From positions 1-64,000 of the IMG/VR virus record IMGVR_UViG_3300035499_000522: 64,000 bases of DNA. One strand, given 5' to 3'. The notes beneath the pieces are model-generated. The model searched no databases, was not told where the DNA came from, and saw only the letters and a list, made by a program, of their open reading frames with translations. A program made the translations under genes and the position numbers. This DNA comes from a virus. Its lineage: Duplodnaviria > Caudoviricetes. Of this stretch, positions 10,970-21,496 are shown in pieces (position 1 is the first letter of the stretch; each line of letters opens with the position of its first letter).

Positions 10970-12206
10970 TGCGGAAATGCCCGGTTTGTGGAATCTCACA
11001 GGCTGGGTATTTTTGTCATGCGGAAACACTTTAGCGTAGTGCAGTGGTAACGCTTTAGTGTGCTAAAGCGCGGCGGCACGATTATGTTTGGGATGTGCCG
11101 AATCGCCGCAATTTATGAACATTTCAAGTCTTTTATATTAATAAATTGTAAATTATCAAAGTTGAGTATTTTCCCAATATTTACCTTTTGAGTGGGCAGC
11201 GGACGGGCACCTGGGTCCGAACTTTATGAACAAATCTACCTTTAAATATGAACAAATTGTGAATTTTTTCTCCTAAAATTTTCCAAAAAATCCCAAAATT
11301 TACCATTTTATGGTAAAAAATAACAAAAATTACCATATTTTTCCAATTTTTTTGGTAATTTTTAACAATTTTTGGAAAATTTTTCCATTTTTTCTGGAAT
11401 TTTTTACCATTTTGCGGCAAAAACTGGTAAATTTACCATCATATGGCAACCACTTAGAGAACTGGACCGACCTTTTTACCCCATATGGGCTCTCCCGCTA
11501 GTTGTTTGGACTCGCATATGGCCGTCTTCCCTAGTTGTTTGATGCTTCAGCTCTTGATTATTTTGTTAGGGGAGTGATACCTGCTCATATGGCGAGCAAA
11601 AATAGTTGTTTTGTTGCAAAAAATCAAAAAATATGTTATAATTTTAAAAAAAAATATTTTTTTTGCACATTATTTAAAATTTGACAAGATTTCCTACGTT
11701 ATATAAAGGTTCGATTAAATTTCAATAGGTAATATAATATATTTAAATCTGTTTAACAAGAGCTAGTTAATATTTTAGCAAAATTTTTGTTCATCGTTTG
11801 AATAGAATTGAAAGAAATGTAGATATAGAATGCAAGGAGGGAGGTCGGTTTCACCACACTTCCCCCATTTTCTCTATTTTTATATAATTTTCTCTATTTT
11901 CCTTATTTTTATTCAATTTTTCTATAGTTTTATTTAAACTTCTCTATTCCCTTGAATTTCCTCTTAGCTTTATTTAACTTTGTTTATTGTTTATTTTACT
12001 CACGCTCACCCAACTCCTTTCTCACTTCACTCCCCAAAAGTTTCGCGGCGCAAGGATATGAAATATCCCGAGGAGCGAAGCGACGAAGGGATATTTCATA
12101 TCCCCTTATTTATAATTATTTATTACTTAGATATACTTAGACTTTTTACCTATCTTAATTAGATTTTTTACCTACCTTAATTAGATATTTTACCTAATTA
12201 GCAAAA

Positions 12207-12818
12207 TTAGTTGTCCTGTTTCTTCTTATACTCGAAAGATAAAAATGTAAGTTTTTTCTTAGCAACATTGCCATCATAAAAAGAACAATAGTCTATTAAA
12301 CCTATATCATATAAAAGGTTAAGGCTATTATCTAGTATCTCATAACCTCTACTATGGCCTTCAAGTTTAACTCCAGTATGCTAAGCTAATTCTTTTAAAG
12401 AAAACTCATAACTGTTTTTACCCTAACTCTAAGCATATTTATATCTCTAAGCTAAATAAACATAAATCTTAATGATATTTTCTTTAGTAGTATCCAATAA
12501 AAACTATAAAGTATCTAAAGGAATCATTAAAAAGATATTTTCTTTATTATTTAAAACATAATAATCACTTTCTTTGACTATATATCCTTTTTCTATCAAA
12601 TAATCTAAATGTACTCTATAAGTTTTAGGACTTTTAATACCTATTTTTTTACATATCTTAGACTAAACTGGTAAAGAAGAAAAGTACACGCGAGTTTCAC
12701 CATCCTAAGGCTTAGACATACTCTAAAAATAAGCATACAATTCTCCATCTATCTTCTTATCATTAAGAAAAGTAGAAACTTCTAAAGTTGTATCTGCGGG
12801 AAATCTTTTCTATATCAC
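12207..12818 (-). CDS. TAG-recoded 203-aa protein with two wHTH-like segments; possible replication initiator
   Basis: GGAGGTG RBS, GTG start, open to TAA if TAG=Gln (9 TAG, 1 CAG); KTYRVHLDYLIEKGYI and FSLKELAQHTG...LYDIGLI wHTH-like motifs. Confidence 0.65.
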
Positions 12819-12887
12819 ATTTTTCACCTCCTTTCAGCATTAAATAAAAATATAAAAAGGTAAAATAAAAAAATTTACCCAAGCTTT

Positions 12888-13360
12888 TAGATTTTTTACC
12901 TAACTTTTTTACCTAATTTAATTAAAATGCTACGTGTATTCAAAATGAATTAACGTGTAATCAAAATGAACCTATGAAGCAGCTTGCTAACTTAGATTTT
13001 TTACCTCAAAATTTTACCTACTTTGTTAAAGCTTAACAAAACATTAGAAAAATTTTAACAGGATTTTTTAACAACCTAATTAAAATGCTACGTGTATTCA
13101 TTTTGACAGCAAAATAATTACGTGTATTCAAAATGAACCTATGAAGCTTCCAAGATTTTAAAATGAGTTTTCCAAATGTTCCTTGCGGCAACCGTAGGTA
13201 TGAGGTTTCCAAAAGCTAAGTCCCGAGATTTTAAAATGAGTTTTCCAAATGTTCCTTGCCCCTAGATTTTAAAATGATTTTTTAAAAACAATATGCGGAA
13301 ACCCTAGGTATGAGGATTCCTAAAGCTAACCCCGCCGCATTTTAAAATGAGTTTTCTAAA
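12888..13360. repeat. iteron-like direct repeat cluster
   Basis: repeated TTTTTACCT, AAAATGCTACGTGTATTCAAAATGAA-like and GATTTTAAAATGAGTTTTCCAAATGTTCCTTGC (2x) units. Confidence 0.7.
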
Positions 13361-13493
13361 TCAATATACCCCCTATAAAATAAATCGACTTTCCGCATAA
13401 TATATCGCCCCTATAAAGAAAAATGGATTATGCATTCGCCGCATAACCCATTCCCGCCGTTTCGATTTAATCTTTCTTCTCTTGTTTAAAAAC

Positions 13494-13799
13494 TCAAATT
13501 TTTTCATTGTTTATGTAATTAAATCCCAATTCTACCTTTTGTACTTCCTTTTCTTTAGGAAAAACTACTACTTCCCCTGAAACAATATTAACAGTAATTA
13601 AATTTCCTACATCATCTAAATAATCAAATTTCTTTTTAAGCATATCATCGCCATTGGGGTCTGCCTGCCGCCAAATTAGCATATAATACTTACCATCACA
13701 CTTAAAAGTATCGCCATTATTCAGATATCTTACTTTTGTTGTTACTGTTGTATTTTTAATCATATTTTTCATGCGGAAATTGCTCCTCCTCGGCATCAC
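13494..13799 (-). CDS. small beta-rich protein, tandem family member 11
   Basis: L..GDTF....YY.....VNI.SG motif. Confidence 0.7.
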   Translation of the reverse strand: MMPRRSNFRMKNMIKNTTVTTKVRYLNNGDTFKCDGKYYMLIWRQADPNGDDMLKKKFDYLDDVGNLITVNIVSGEVVVFPKEKEVQKVELGFNYINNEKI

Positions 13800-14071
13800 A
13801 CAAACTTAAACCCCATATTTACTTTCTCCACAAACTCTGTTATCTTAAAAAATCTTATCTGCCCACTTACAAGGTTTGCCGCCAAAAATCTACCAGATTT
13901 AAATTTACCTAAAGCTTTAATAAATTTATTAAAAGTCTTAGAACCATCGCATTCCCAAGTAAAGTCATCATAAAGCAAAATATAATACTCGCCTTCGCAT
14001 TTAAATACTTCTCCAAAATCTATATCAAAAAGCTGGGCTACATTCTTATCACTATTGTTTAAATTTTTCAT
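13796..14071 (-). CDS. tandem family member 10
   Basis: IDFGEVFKCEGEYY...AANLVSG. Confidence 0.7.
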   Translation of the reverse strand: MKNLNNSDKNVAQLFDIDFGEVFKCEGEYYILLYDDFTWECDGSKTFNKFIKALGKFKSGRFLAANLVSGQIRFFKITEFVEKVNMGFKFV

Positions 14072-14099
14072 GCGGCAACCGCTCCTTTCATGCTTCCTC

Positions 14100-14429
14100 T
14101 TATCTAAGTATTAAATCCCCCAAGCGTAAATCGCCCTTTTTAGCATCCATTTTTACTACTCTTGTATTCCAACAGCTGATATAATTAGCAACTTGGCTCG
14201 TCCGCAAATTTACTGCAATGTCACGAGATGCCGCTTTGCTCTCATCATCAAAATACTCATACTTAACCTTTATAAAGGAATCTCTGTCTGGATTCAGCAT
14301 ATCTTTATATTCATAAAAAATATCGCCTACCTCTAAATCGTCAAACCTTGTATCAAATTTACCACTAAAAAAATAAAATTCATTAATAGGAGGCTCTGGT
14401 CTATTTATAACTTTGCTTTTTGTCCTCAT
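14100..14429 (-). CDS. tandem family member 9
   Basis: FDDLEVGDIFY...AVNLRT. Confidence 0.7.
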   Translation of the reverse strand: MRTKSKVINRPEPPINEFYFFSGKFDTRFDDLEVGDIFYEYKDMLNPDRDSFIKVKYEYFDDESKAASRDIAVNLRTSQVANYISCWNTRVVKMDAKKGDLRLGDLILR

Positions 14430-14433
14430 TTAA

Positions 14434-14704
14434 TTATCTCCATAAATAATCTCTCACTTGCTTTTTAGATTTTTCAATTTTATTTTCTACAATGCCTGTT
14501 ATATTTACTTGTCTTACTTTTGTTTGCGGATTATCATAAAAATATTTAGTAGTAATTCCACGATTCAAATTTGCGGCAAATGTTGCTACATATCCATTTA
14601 TTTCAACTTGAACAAGCATATAATTAAAAACCTTCATAAAAGAAAGTATCTCCAATTTCCAATTGATTTACACAAATTGAATTTTCTTTTTCCTCAATCT
14701 ACAT
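14434..14704 (-). pseudogene. tandem family member 8, frameshifted
   Basis: M(Q=TAG)IEEKENSICVNQLEIGDTFFYEGF, then one extra T in a T5 run (~14626-14630) before NYMLV...AANLNRG. Confidence 0.55.
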
Positions 14705-14930
14705 ATAATTTATTCTTATCCCCTTCTACCTCTAAAGTAGCATCACTGTAATAATCTACCTGTGTATATGTATTAAAGTTTTTGTCTAATACTTCTCCTG
14801 ACATTAAATTGGTTGCAACTGGATTGCCGCCATAATAGCCTTTTATATAATACTTTCCACAAGAACCAAATACAGCACCATCATCTAACTGACCAAAAGA
14901 TTTAATATGATTATTTGAATGAATTATCAT
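14694..14930 (-). CDS. tandem family member 7
   Basis: FGQLDDGAVF..YYIK..ATNLMSG. Confidence 0.7.
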   Translation of the reverse strand: MIIHSNNHIKSFGQLDDGAVFGSCGKYYIKGYYGGNPVATNLMSGEVLDKNFNTYTQVDYYSDATLEVEGDKNKLYVD

Positions 14931-15157
14931 CTTGTTTCTCCTTCATAATACCAATCGCCAACATCTACAACTGCATCCCTGACATATTGTACATTTATGG
15001 TAGGGCGGAAATCTCTTACTTCACCTTTGTCTAGTTCCATAGCTACTGAAAAACCTTTATATGAACCTTTCATATAATATTTTCCTTCGTAATAAAAAAT
15101 TTTACCATTGCCTAATACTTCAAAAGGTATAAGCCAACTATGTGAATGGACTATCAT
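14927..15157 (-). CDS. tandem family member 6
   Basis: FEVLGNGKIFYY..YYMK..AMELDKG. Confidence 0.7.
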   Translation of the reverse strand: MIVHSHSWLIPFEVLGNGKIFYYEGKYYMKGSYKGFSVAMELDKGEVRDFRPTINVQYVRDAVVDVGDWYYEGETR

Positions 15158-15375
15158 CTTACTTGAAATTCCCCTTCTACCTTAATTACTCTTGCATTAT
15201 CAGAAAAATCATCATAAATATCACCAGTAACTATATTTATAACTACAAATTTATTTCTATGAATGTCAAAGCCCTTCATATAAATTCTACCTTCATCTTC
15301 TTCTTTGAACCTAAATACATCGCCATAATACAAATCGCCAAATACAAGTTTTTCTATTTTTTCATTAACTATCAT
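15154..15375 (-). CDS. tandem family member 5
   Basis: FGDLYYGDVF..IYMK..INIVTG. Confidence 0.7.
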   Translation of the reverse strand: MIVNEKIEKLVFGDLYYGDVFRFKEEDEGRIYMKGFDIHRNKFVVINIVTGDIYDDFSDNARVIKVEGEFQVR

Positions 15376-15611
15376 ACAAAATCTGCCTCCTCATTAAATT
15401 TAACATTAACTTTTGCATTACATTTTAATACAGTTACATATGAAGCAATTTCACATCCAATTCCAGTCTTTAAATCTATTGCATTAAGTAAAATACCATT
15501 ATTATCTTCAAGCGGTTCTATTTTTATAAATACATTATCATCCTTAATAAAAGCATCACCTTCATTCAAAAGTTCAAATCTGGTGTGCGTAATTCCAAAA
15601 TCAACCTTCAT
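15372..15611 (-). CDS. tandem family member 4
   Basis: FELLNEGDAF..FIK..NAIDLKTG. Confidence 0.7.
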   Translation of the reverse strand: MKVDFGITHTRFELLNEGDAFIKDDNVFIKIEPLEDNNGILLNAIDLKTGIGCEIASYVTVLKCNAKVNVKFNEEADFV

Positions 15612-15623
15612 ATTAATTACTCC

Positions 15624-15851
15624 TTATTCATATACGTAAGAAACATCAATTTTAATTTTACAATCATCAACCTATTGGCAATCAGGAAAACGAACGGGCA
15701 GTCCATCTCTCACCCTTACTGCATTATATATGTGGTCAAAAGAACCATATACTTTTAAGAAAAGCTCTTTATTACTTATGAAAAAATTTCCTTCATACAC
15801 ATCTTCAAATTTTATACAATGTTTTCTTCCTTCTTTTATATTAATATCCAT
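15624..15851 (-). CDS. tandem family member 3 (one in-frame TAG=Gln)
   Basis: MDINIK...FEDVYEGNFF..FLK..NAVRVRDG; GGAG RBS; missing from the ORF track. Confidence 0.65.
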
Positions 15852-15863
15852 ATTAATTACTCC

Positions 15864-16100
15864 TTAAGCAAATTCAATATTCAATTTAGCTTTACATTTA
15901 ATAACAGGCTCATCCCAACTTATATTACAAAATTCCATATTATCCAAATAAATTGCATTAACTAAAACTCCATTACATCCATAATCATTAATAAGAAATG
16001 AGCCTAAAAGTTTTATAACAGGTCTACCCTTATAAAGAAATACATCACCAGCTTCTAATGTATCAAAAATACTTCCGTTATTATTTATATTAATATTCAT
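15864..16100 (-). CDS. tandem family member 2
   Basis: FDTLEAGDVFLY..IK..NAIYL. Confidence 0.7.
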   Translation of the reverse strand: MNININNNGSIFDTLEAGDVFLYKGRPVIKLLGSFLINDYGCNGVLVNAIYLDNMEFCNISWDEPVIKCKAKLNIEFA

Positions 16101-16111
16101 ATATTCACCTC

Positions 16112-16354
16112 TTAAAGAGTTCTAAGATTTAAATTAGCTTCACACGCATCTACAAATGCGTTATGGTCTATATATTGAAATTCTTGACTCCCTAAACCAA
16201 TTGCGTTAATAAGATAATCAGTATAACAACTATAATTACTAACATAATACTTATCTTTAAGCTTCATATAAACTTCGTCTTTAAAAAGAAAAACATCTCC
16301 AGCATCCAATTCATCAAAAGTATACTTACTATTCTGATTTATATTAATATTCAT
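16112..16354 (-). CDS. tandem family member 1
   Basis: FDELDAGDVFLF..YMK..NAIGL. Confidence 0.7.
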   Translation of the reverse strand: MNININQNSKYTFDELDAGDVFLFKDEVYMKLKDKYYVSNYSCYTDYLINAIGLGSQEFQYIDHNAFVDACEANLNLRTL

Positions 16355-16355
16355 A

Positions 16356-16625
16356 TTATAATGCCTTTCCTTCAAATTCATAAGTTATAATAGAAAGTGT
16401 AATACTCTCTGCTATTTTAAAACAACAATAGCTTCCATTATCCAAAAGTTCTTTCTCTATTTCTTCAAAACTGTCAATCTTATTAGTATCTCCCAATTCA
16501 GTTGCAACCTGTATCATTTCATTTGCGGCAGCAATACACGCATCTTCTCTACTCTCAAATATTATTCCAATATATTTATCTTCACAATCTTCACAAGAAA
16601 ATTTGACACCATAAACCTTGTCCAT
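16356..16625 (-). CDS. hypothetical protein
   Basis: GGAGG RBS; operon context. Confidence 0.6.
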   Translation of the reverse strand: MDKVYGVKFSCEDCEDKYIGIIFESREDACIAAANEMIQVATELGDTNKIDSFEEIEKELLDNGSYCCFKIAESITLSIITYEFEGKAL

Positions 16626-16628
16626 ATT

Positions 16629-16943
16629 TTATTCCTCCACATCAAATTTCTTTACGCTACAAAAAATGTCAACAACATCAAGGTCATTAGCTTCCCCTTC
16701 AATATTTCTATAATAAGAATAACTTCCATATTTATCAAGAGACTCCATAATAGAGTATTCTTTATCTGTGATTTTTAACGAATAAAAATTTGCATTATCT
16801 ATAATAGTTTTTGTTGCCGCCTTAACCAGATTATCTTTGTTCTTATATACAGAAGGAAGAATTTCGATATCAGGAAGAGTTTCGATATCAGATGCACCAT
16901 TTGTATAATTGATGTAAACAATAGCTCCATAAACAGTATTCAT
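16629..16943 (-). CDS. hypothetical protein
   Basis: GGAG RBS and sigmaA-like promoter upstream. Confidence 0.6.
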   Translation of the reverse strand: MNTVYGAIVYINYTNGASDIETLPDIEILPSVYKNKDNLVKAATKTIIDNANFYSLKITDKEYSIMESLDKYGSYSYYRNIEGEANDLDVVDIFCSVKKFDVEE

Positions 16944-17041
16944 ATTAATTACTCCTTTTTAAATTTTTCTATATATATTATATCATTATTTTTTTAAGAA
17001 TACAAACGACGCGGCAATGGCAGGTCACAGGCATCCTTATA

Positions 17042-17422
17042 TCAAGGTCTGCCGCATTCTTCTACAACAAGCATAGGCAATATTCTTATTTCTATTGTTT
17101 GAAAACAGCATATTTTATTTAAATTAAGTTCTTTGGTAAATAACGTATAATTATTATACCTTATTAAAGCTTTTTCAATTTCTTTTCTTTTGTCATACCA
17201 AGAGTCGCCCAATAGCATAATAATGTTATCTGCATTACTTATACAATATTCTTGTTTTAAAATATCTTCAAGTCTACAAATGGCATCATGTGCTACATCA
17301 GTTATACTTTCAAAACATTTATCAGGATAATACATATGAGAATCTCCATCGCAGGTATCGGGATAATATATACAAGAATTTTTACATGAACCCATAATTA
17401 TAGCTATATAACCGTACATATC
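17042..17422 (-). CDS. hypothetical protein
   Basis: AGGAG RBS before MYGYIA. Confidence 0.55.
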   Translation of the reverse strand, partial: DMYGYIAIIMGSCKNSCIYYPDTCDGDSHMYYPDKCFESITDVAHDAICRLEDILKQEYCISNADNIIMLLGDSWYDKRKEIEKALIRYNNYTLFTKELNLNKICCFQTIEIRILPMLVVEECGRP

Positions 17423-17547
17423 CAATCTCTCCTTTCTTTTAAAACCAAAATTTGTCATTATCATCATTATCTTTTCTAACAATAATAATTCCTATAATAA
17501 TAGCCGCTACAAAGCAACAGCCCGCAAAAATCCACATATTATTTACC

Positions 17548-17874
17548 TCACAATATAATTTTCATTGGAATTATTCTTATATCTATTGAATCAAAATCAC
17601 TAAACTTAAAGCATTTACTATTATTAAAATTATAATGATGAAATTCTGATAAAAGTATGTTTGTTCTTCTTTTCCATTTATTTATATTTATATTTGCATC
17701 TTCAAACATTTCGTTTATATCTGAATAATGATTTTGATGTTCTATCAATAGCTTCCTAAACTGCTTTATCCCATATTCTATTGCTTTTCTTTTGGTTAAA
17801 AAACATTTTAATGGATCGCTTCCAAAAGCTACGCCATTGATAAGCCCTTTAACTTCAGCTGTATAAACCCACAT
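17548..17874 (-). CDS. hypothetical protein
   Basis: ORF with promoter and RBS. Confidence 0.6.
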   Translation of the reverse strand: MWVYTAEVKGLINGVAFGSDPLKCFLTKRKAIEYGIKQFRKLLIEHQNHYSDINEMFEDANININKWKRRTNILLSEFHHYNFNNSKCFKFSDFDSIDIRIIPMKIIL

Positions 17875-18032
17875 ACTAAAACCACCTTTTATTTATAATA
17901 TGTATATATTATACCATTAAATTAATTAAAAATCAAATAAATTCATTTGCCGCTATCTTTACTTCCTCTTGAAAATTTAAAAATTTTATGATATGATAAT
18001 TATACAATCAAAAGAAAAGAGGTATACAGATT

Positions 18033-18407
18033 ATGACTGTAAGAGAGTATATTACTAAGGAATTGGAAAAGGGAAATTCTATTGATGATATTGCTGCGGG
18101 TTTCACTAAGGAGATTAATGCCGCAAAGTCAGAAATAGATAAGAAGAAGGAAGCTGAAAAGGCAGATACTATTAAGAAGGCTAAGGTTGCGGCATCCCGC
18201 AGAATAGCAGCAAAGAGCATACTTGACTATCTTGTTGCAAATGAAATGCTTGATAAGTATTTTTCTGATGAAATTAATTATGTTGAAGAGGCTCTTGATG
18301 ATGCCATTAAAGACCTTAAAACTCTTGAAAAAGTTAAGGATGCTTTTGGAGACTTGCTTGATTCAAAAGAAAAGAATCCCTTTAAGTCAAGCTTTGGACT
18401 TTTCTAA
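18033..18407 (+). CDS. helical hypothetical protein
   Basis: promoter, GAGG RBS, terminator. Confidence 0.7.
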   Translation: MTVREYITKELEKGNSIDDIAAGFTKEINAAKSEIDKKKEAEKADTIKKAKVAASRRIAAKSILDYLVANEMLDKYFSDEINYVEEALDDAIKDLKTLEKVKDAFGDLLDSKEKNPFKSSFGLF

Positions 18408-18545
18408 TTTTTATAATTAAATAAAAAAAATGAAGGTAGCTTAAATTAATAAGCTACCTTTTTTAATCCATATCATTTCCATCAAAATAAACAATAGCAA
18501 GCATAAACAAATAATAAATAAGGAATAATATCTCTCTCCAAAATA

Positions 18546-18761
18546 TCATTTTAATTCACCATCACTTGGCGGCTATTCCTAGATTGCAGGAATCACATAT
18601 TTTATATCATCAAAATGAATCGCCGCATCAATTTGTAAATTCCGCTTACACTCGGGACATTCCGCCCCCATTATCATTCTATTGTTATTAAATGTGACAT
18701 CTACAACTTCCATATTTACAAGGCTGCCGCATATTGGACACTAAATCTAATTAATAACCAT
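18546..18761 (-). CDS. small zinc-ribbon protein (TAG-recoded)
   Basis: CPICG...CPEC; four in-frame TAG; ends TGA. Confidence 0.55.
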
Positions 18762-18779
18762 ATAATTATCCTCACATTT

Positions 18780-19049
18780 TTACAAACACATAACTACAAT
18801 AAGAATAATCGTTAGCACAGAATTTATGCTAATTCCAGCTAGCAATAGCTTAGTCAATTCATTAACTTTTGTGTTAATCTTTTCTGAAAAAATTCTTATA
18901 TTATAATTTATGTTATTAGCTATATCATCTAGGCGGCGATTGGCGTGATAAACTTCTAAATTTATATCTTCTAATTCCTATTGTATATCTAATATATTAC
19001 TATTAATCTCTTCTCCGCAATTTAAAAAAGCTGACTCTATTTCATCCAT
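18780..19049 (-). CDS. coiled-coil protein with C-terminal TM (TAG-recoded)
   Basis: AGGTG RBS, one in-frame TAG, hydrophobic C-terminus. Confidence 0.5.
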
Positions 19050-19867
19050 TTTCTTCACCTATTGCTTATTTTTATTAAATAAATCTTCTATATCCTTATT
19101 ATAATTATCTAATTCTACATATTTATTAATTGTATAATAAGGAGTTAGCTTCTTATCTACGCAAATATTCTTTTCTGCAATGGGCTAAACAGTAGTGTCA
19201 ATTGATTCCATTGTCATTCTCCTTTATAAAATTTCCGTCTATTATTTTTTCTATCTATTTAAACTATTTATCTATTGGTGTCTATATTCTATGCTAATTA
19301 GTCTAACCATTGTCTTTCCAAACAAAAGAACACTAACCATTCTAATTTAACTTTAATACTCTTTTAGAGCATAAACCTTCTTCATTATATGGACATATCT
19401 AAGTATTACACTGTATCATATTAATTCACCTCTTAGTTCATATAAATATTATATCATAAAAATTTTCTTAAGTCAAGAGGAATCTAAAAACATTGTATTT
19501 TTCAAAAAATTATTATATAATATATACATATTAAAAAAAGAAAAAAATAAAAAGAAAAATGAGGTGCGGCAAATGGATAATCTACTCAAGAGTATGCAGC
19601 TTGAAAACCTTACTATCACGCTCAAAAACATATATTCGCTGTTGCGGCAAGTGCTTGAAGACGAGCTGACAAATGAGGAATACAGCGATGTAGTTATGTA
19701 TATGAGGTCTTATCCAAATTTATCAAGCAAAGAATATGCGGCTATGGTGATGCATGGACGCTACGACCCCGCAGAATCAATAAGCAAAGCTGAAATTAAT
19801 GAACTTGTAAACTTTTATTTTGAGGATATGGGAGAATATAATAATGCTGAGATTAACGGATAGAAAA

Positions 19868-20578
19868 ATGGAAATGGAGAGATTATTTGACAAAATAGTT
19901 GAAAATCTTAGATTATCCAAATATGAAGATAATGAAAAACCTACAATATTTGGTGAAGACATGGAATTTAGTGAAATCGTTAATCTTAATCTTCTGAGTG
20001 AAGCAGTTTTTAAAGCAGGGTTTACTAATGATGAATTTGAAATAAGAACTGGAGCATCAAAAGCCGTAGTTGTCTTCAAAAATTATGATTATGTATTAAA
20101 AATTCCATTTTGTTGTAATTGCTTTGGAGAAGAAGTAGACTATTTTGAGTGTGCGGAAGTAGACTATGATGCAGCTGAACCTTGGGACTATTGTGCGGCA
20201 GAGGAAGAGGTATATAATTTAGCATATGATTATCATGTTGAGGAGTTTTTTGCGGAAACCTCTTTCTTTAATAATACAAAAGGAGATTATCCAGTATATA
20301 TTCAAAAGAAAGTTGCTCCTTTTTATGATTCTCCTAAGTGTTCTGAACTTTCAAAAGATATATCTTGCTATTGGGATACATCTGACTATTTTGAAAATCT
20401 TCCAAGAGGATGGAAAGAATGCTTGATTGATAAATATGGAATTAACAAAACTTTTGAATTCCTATATTTTATAAATGAAATTTACCCTCATGTTACAAGT
20501 GATTTACACAGAGGAAATGTAGGATTTGATAGTTGCGGCAATCCAGTCATCTTAGATTATAGTTCTTACGATGAATAA
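19868..20578 (+). CDS. protein-kinase-like fold protein
   Basis: GASKAV, VLKIP, DLHRGNVG catalytic loop, ILDY. Confidence 0.65.
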   Translation: MEMERLFDKIVENLRLSKYEDNEKPTIFGEDMEFSEIVNLNLLSEAVFKAGFTNDEFEIRTGASKAVVVFKNYDYVLKIPFCCNCFGEEVDYFECAEVDYDAAEPWDYCAAEEEVYNLAYDYHVEEFFAETSFFNNTKGDYPVYIQKKVAPFYDSPKCSELSKDISCYWDTSDYFENLPRGWKECLIDKYGINKTFEFLYFINEIYPHVTSDLHRGNVGFDSCGNPVILDYSSYDE

Positions 20579-20647
20579 AGCAAACTTTATTTTTTAAAAA
20601 ATTAATGTTATAATTAATTATAATAAAAAGAAAGGAAGTAAAAAGAT

Positions 20648-20782
20648 ATGTTTGATTATTATGATGATGTAGCAGATTATGCTGATTACAGAGCAGAAGT
20701 TCTTGAGGAAGCAGGATGGGATTACGATTGGGAGGAATTCAATGAAGAAACAGGCTGGGCAGACATTGAAAAAAACTGGTGA
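20648..20782 (+). CDS. 44-aa acidic/aromatic peptide
   Basis: promoter plus AGGAAG RBS; MFDYYDDVADYADY...GWDYDWEEF. Confidence 0.5.
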   Translation: MFDYYDDVADYADYRAEVLEEAGWDYDWEEFNEETGWADIEKNW

Positions 20783-20909
20783 GGAATTACAGCTTTACTT
20801 TCACTTTAAAAAGAGACATGGTATGAGTGAATTAAAGAAAGGCAAAGGCTCTTACAACAGGAAGAAAGAAAAGGAGAAGCTGAGAAGAGGTGATTATGAA
20901 TGTACATAA
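20742..20909 (+). CDS. ArfA-like basic protein
   Basis: GGAGG RBS; KKGKGSYNRK matches the ArfA KGKGSY.RK motif. Confidence 0.55.
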   Translation: MKKQAGQTLKKTGEELQLYFHFKKRHGMSELKKGKGSYNRKKEKEKLRRGDYECT

Positions 20910-21496
20910 CCCTCTAATCAAAAGGAGGAATATCAATGTTTAAAGATGAACCCGCAAAAACTTTGTATGCTTTTGAATGTGAAGGATTGCTTGATACGAG
21001 AAGCAGACGCATTGCCGCAGCAACAAAAGAAATAAGAAAGCTTTATAAGAAATTTGGAAGCGTAAGTGCGTCTACTGTTGAAAGCATCCTCATTAAATGT
21101 CAGATTAAGCAGCTCACTAAAGAAGAGTGGGCAGGTATGATGGGAGATATAATAGCATGAATGTCTATGAATATAAAATTGAATATTATAACGAATTTGA
21201 CGAAGAGCCAGATAAATTGCATGAAGACATTGGCATTGTAATAGCTGAAAACTATGGAAAAGCAATGTCAATTATTATTAATAGCTATACAATGCCAGAA
21301 GACCCAGTTGAATTAGTCGAATCAATTTATCTTTCTTTTGTTGAAGAAGGAAATACATTTTCGGCTAAGCATGATAAACCTAAGATGTTTAGCGTAGACG
21401 TACCCGGAGAATAATTTGCATTTTTAAAAAATTTTTGATATAATATATACATAAGTTAAAGAAAACAAAAAACAGAGTTAAAAGGAGAAATTTATT

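Noticed and set aside
11181-12162. Short ORFs in the low-complexity region
   Set aside because: Biased composition and no convincing RBS; likely spurious
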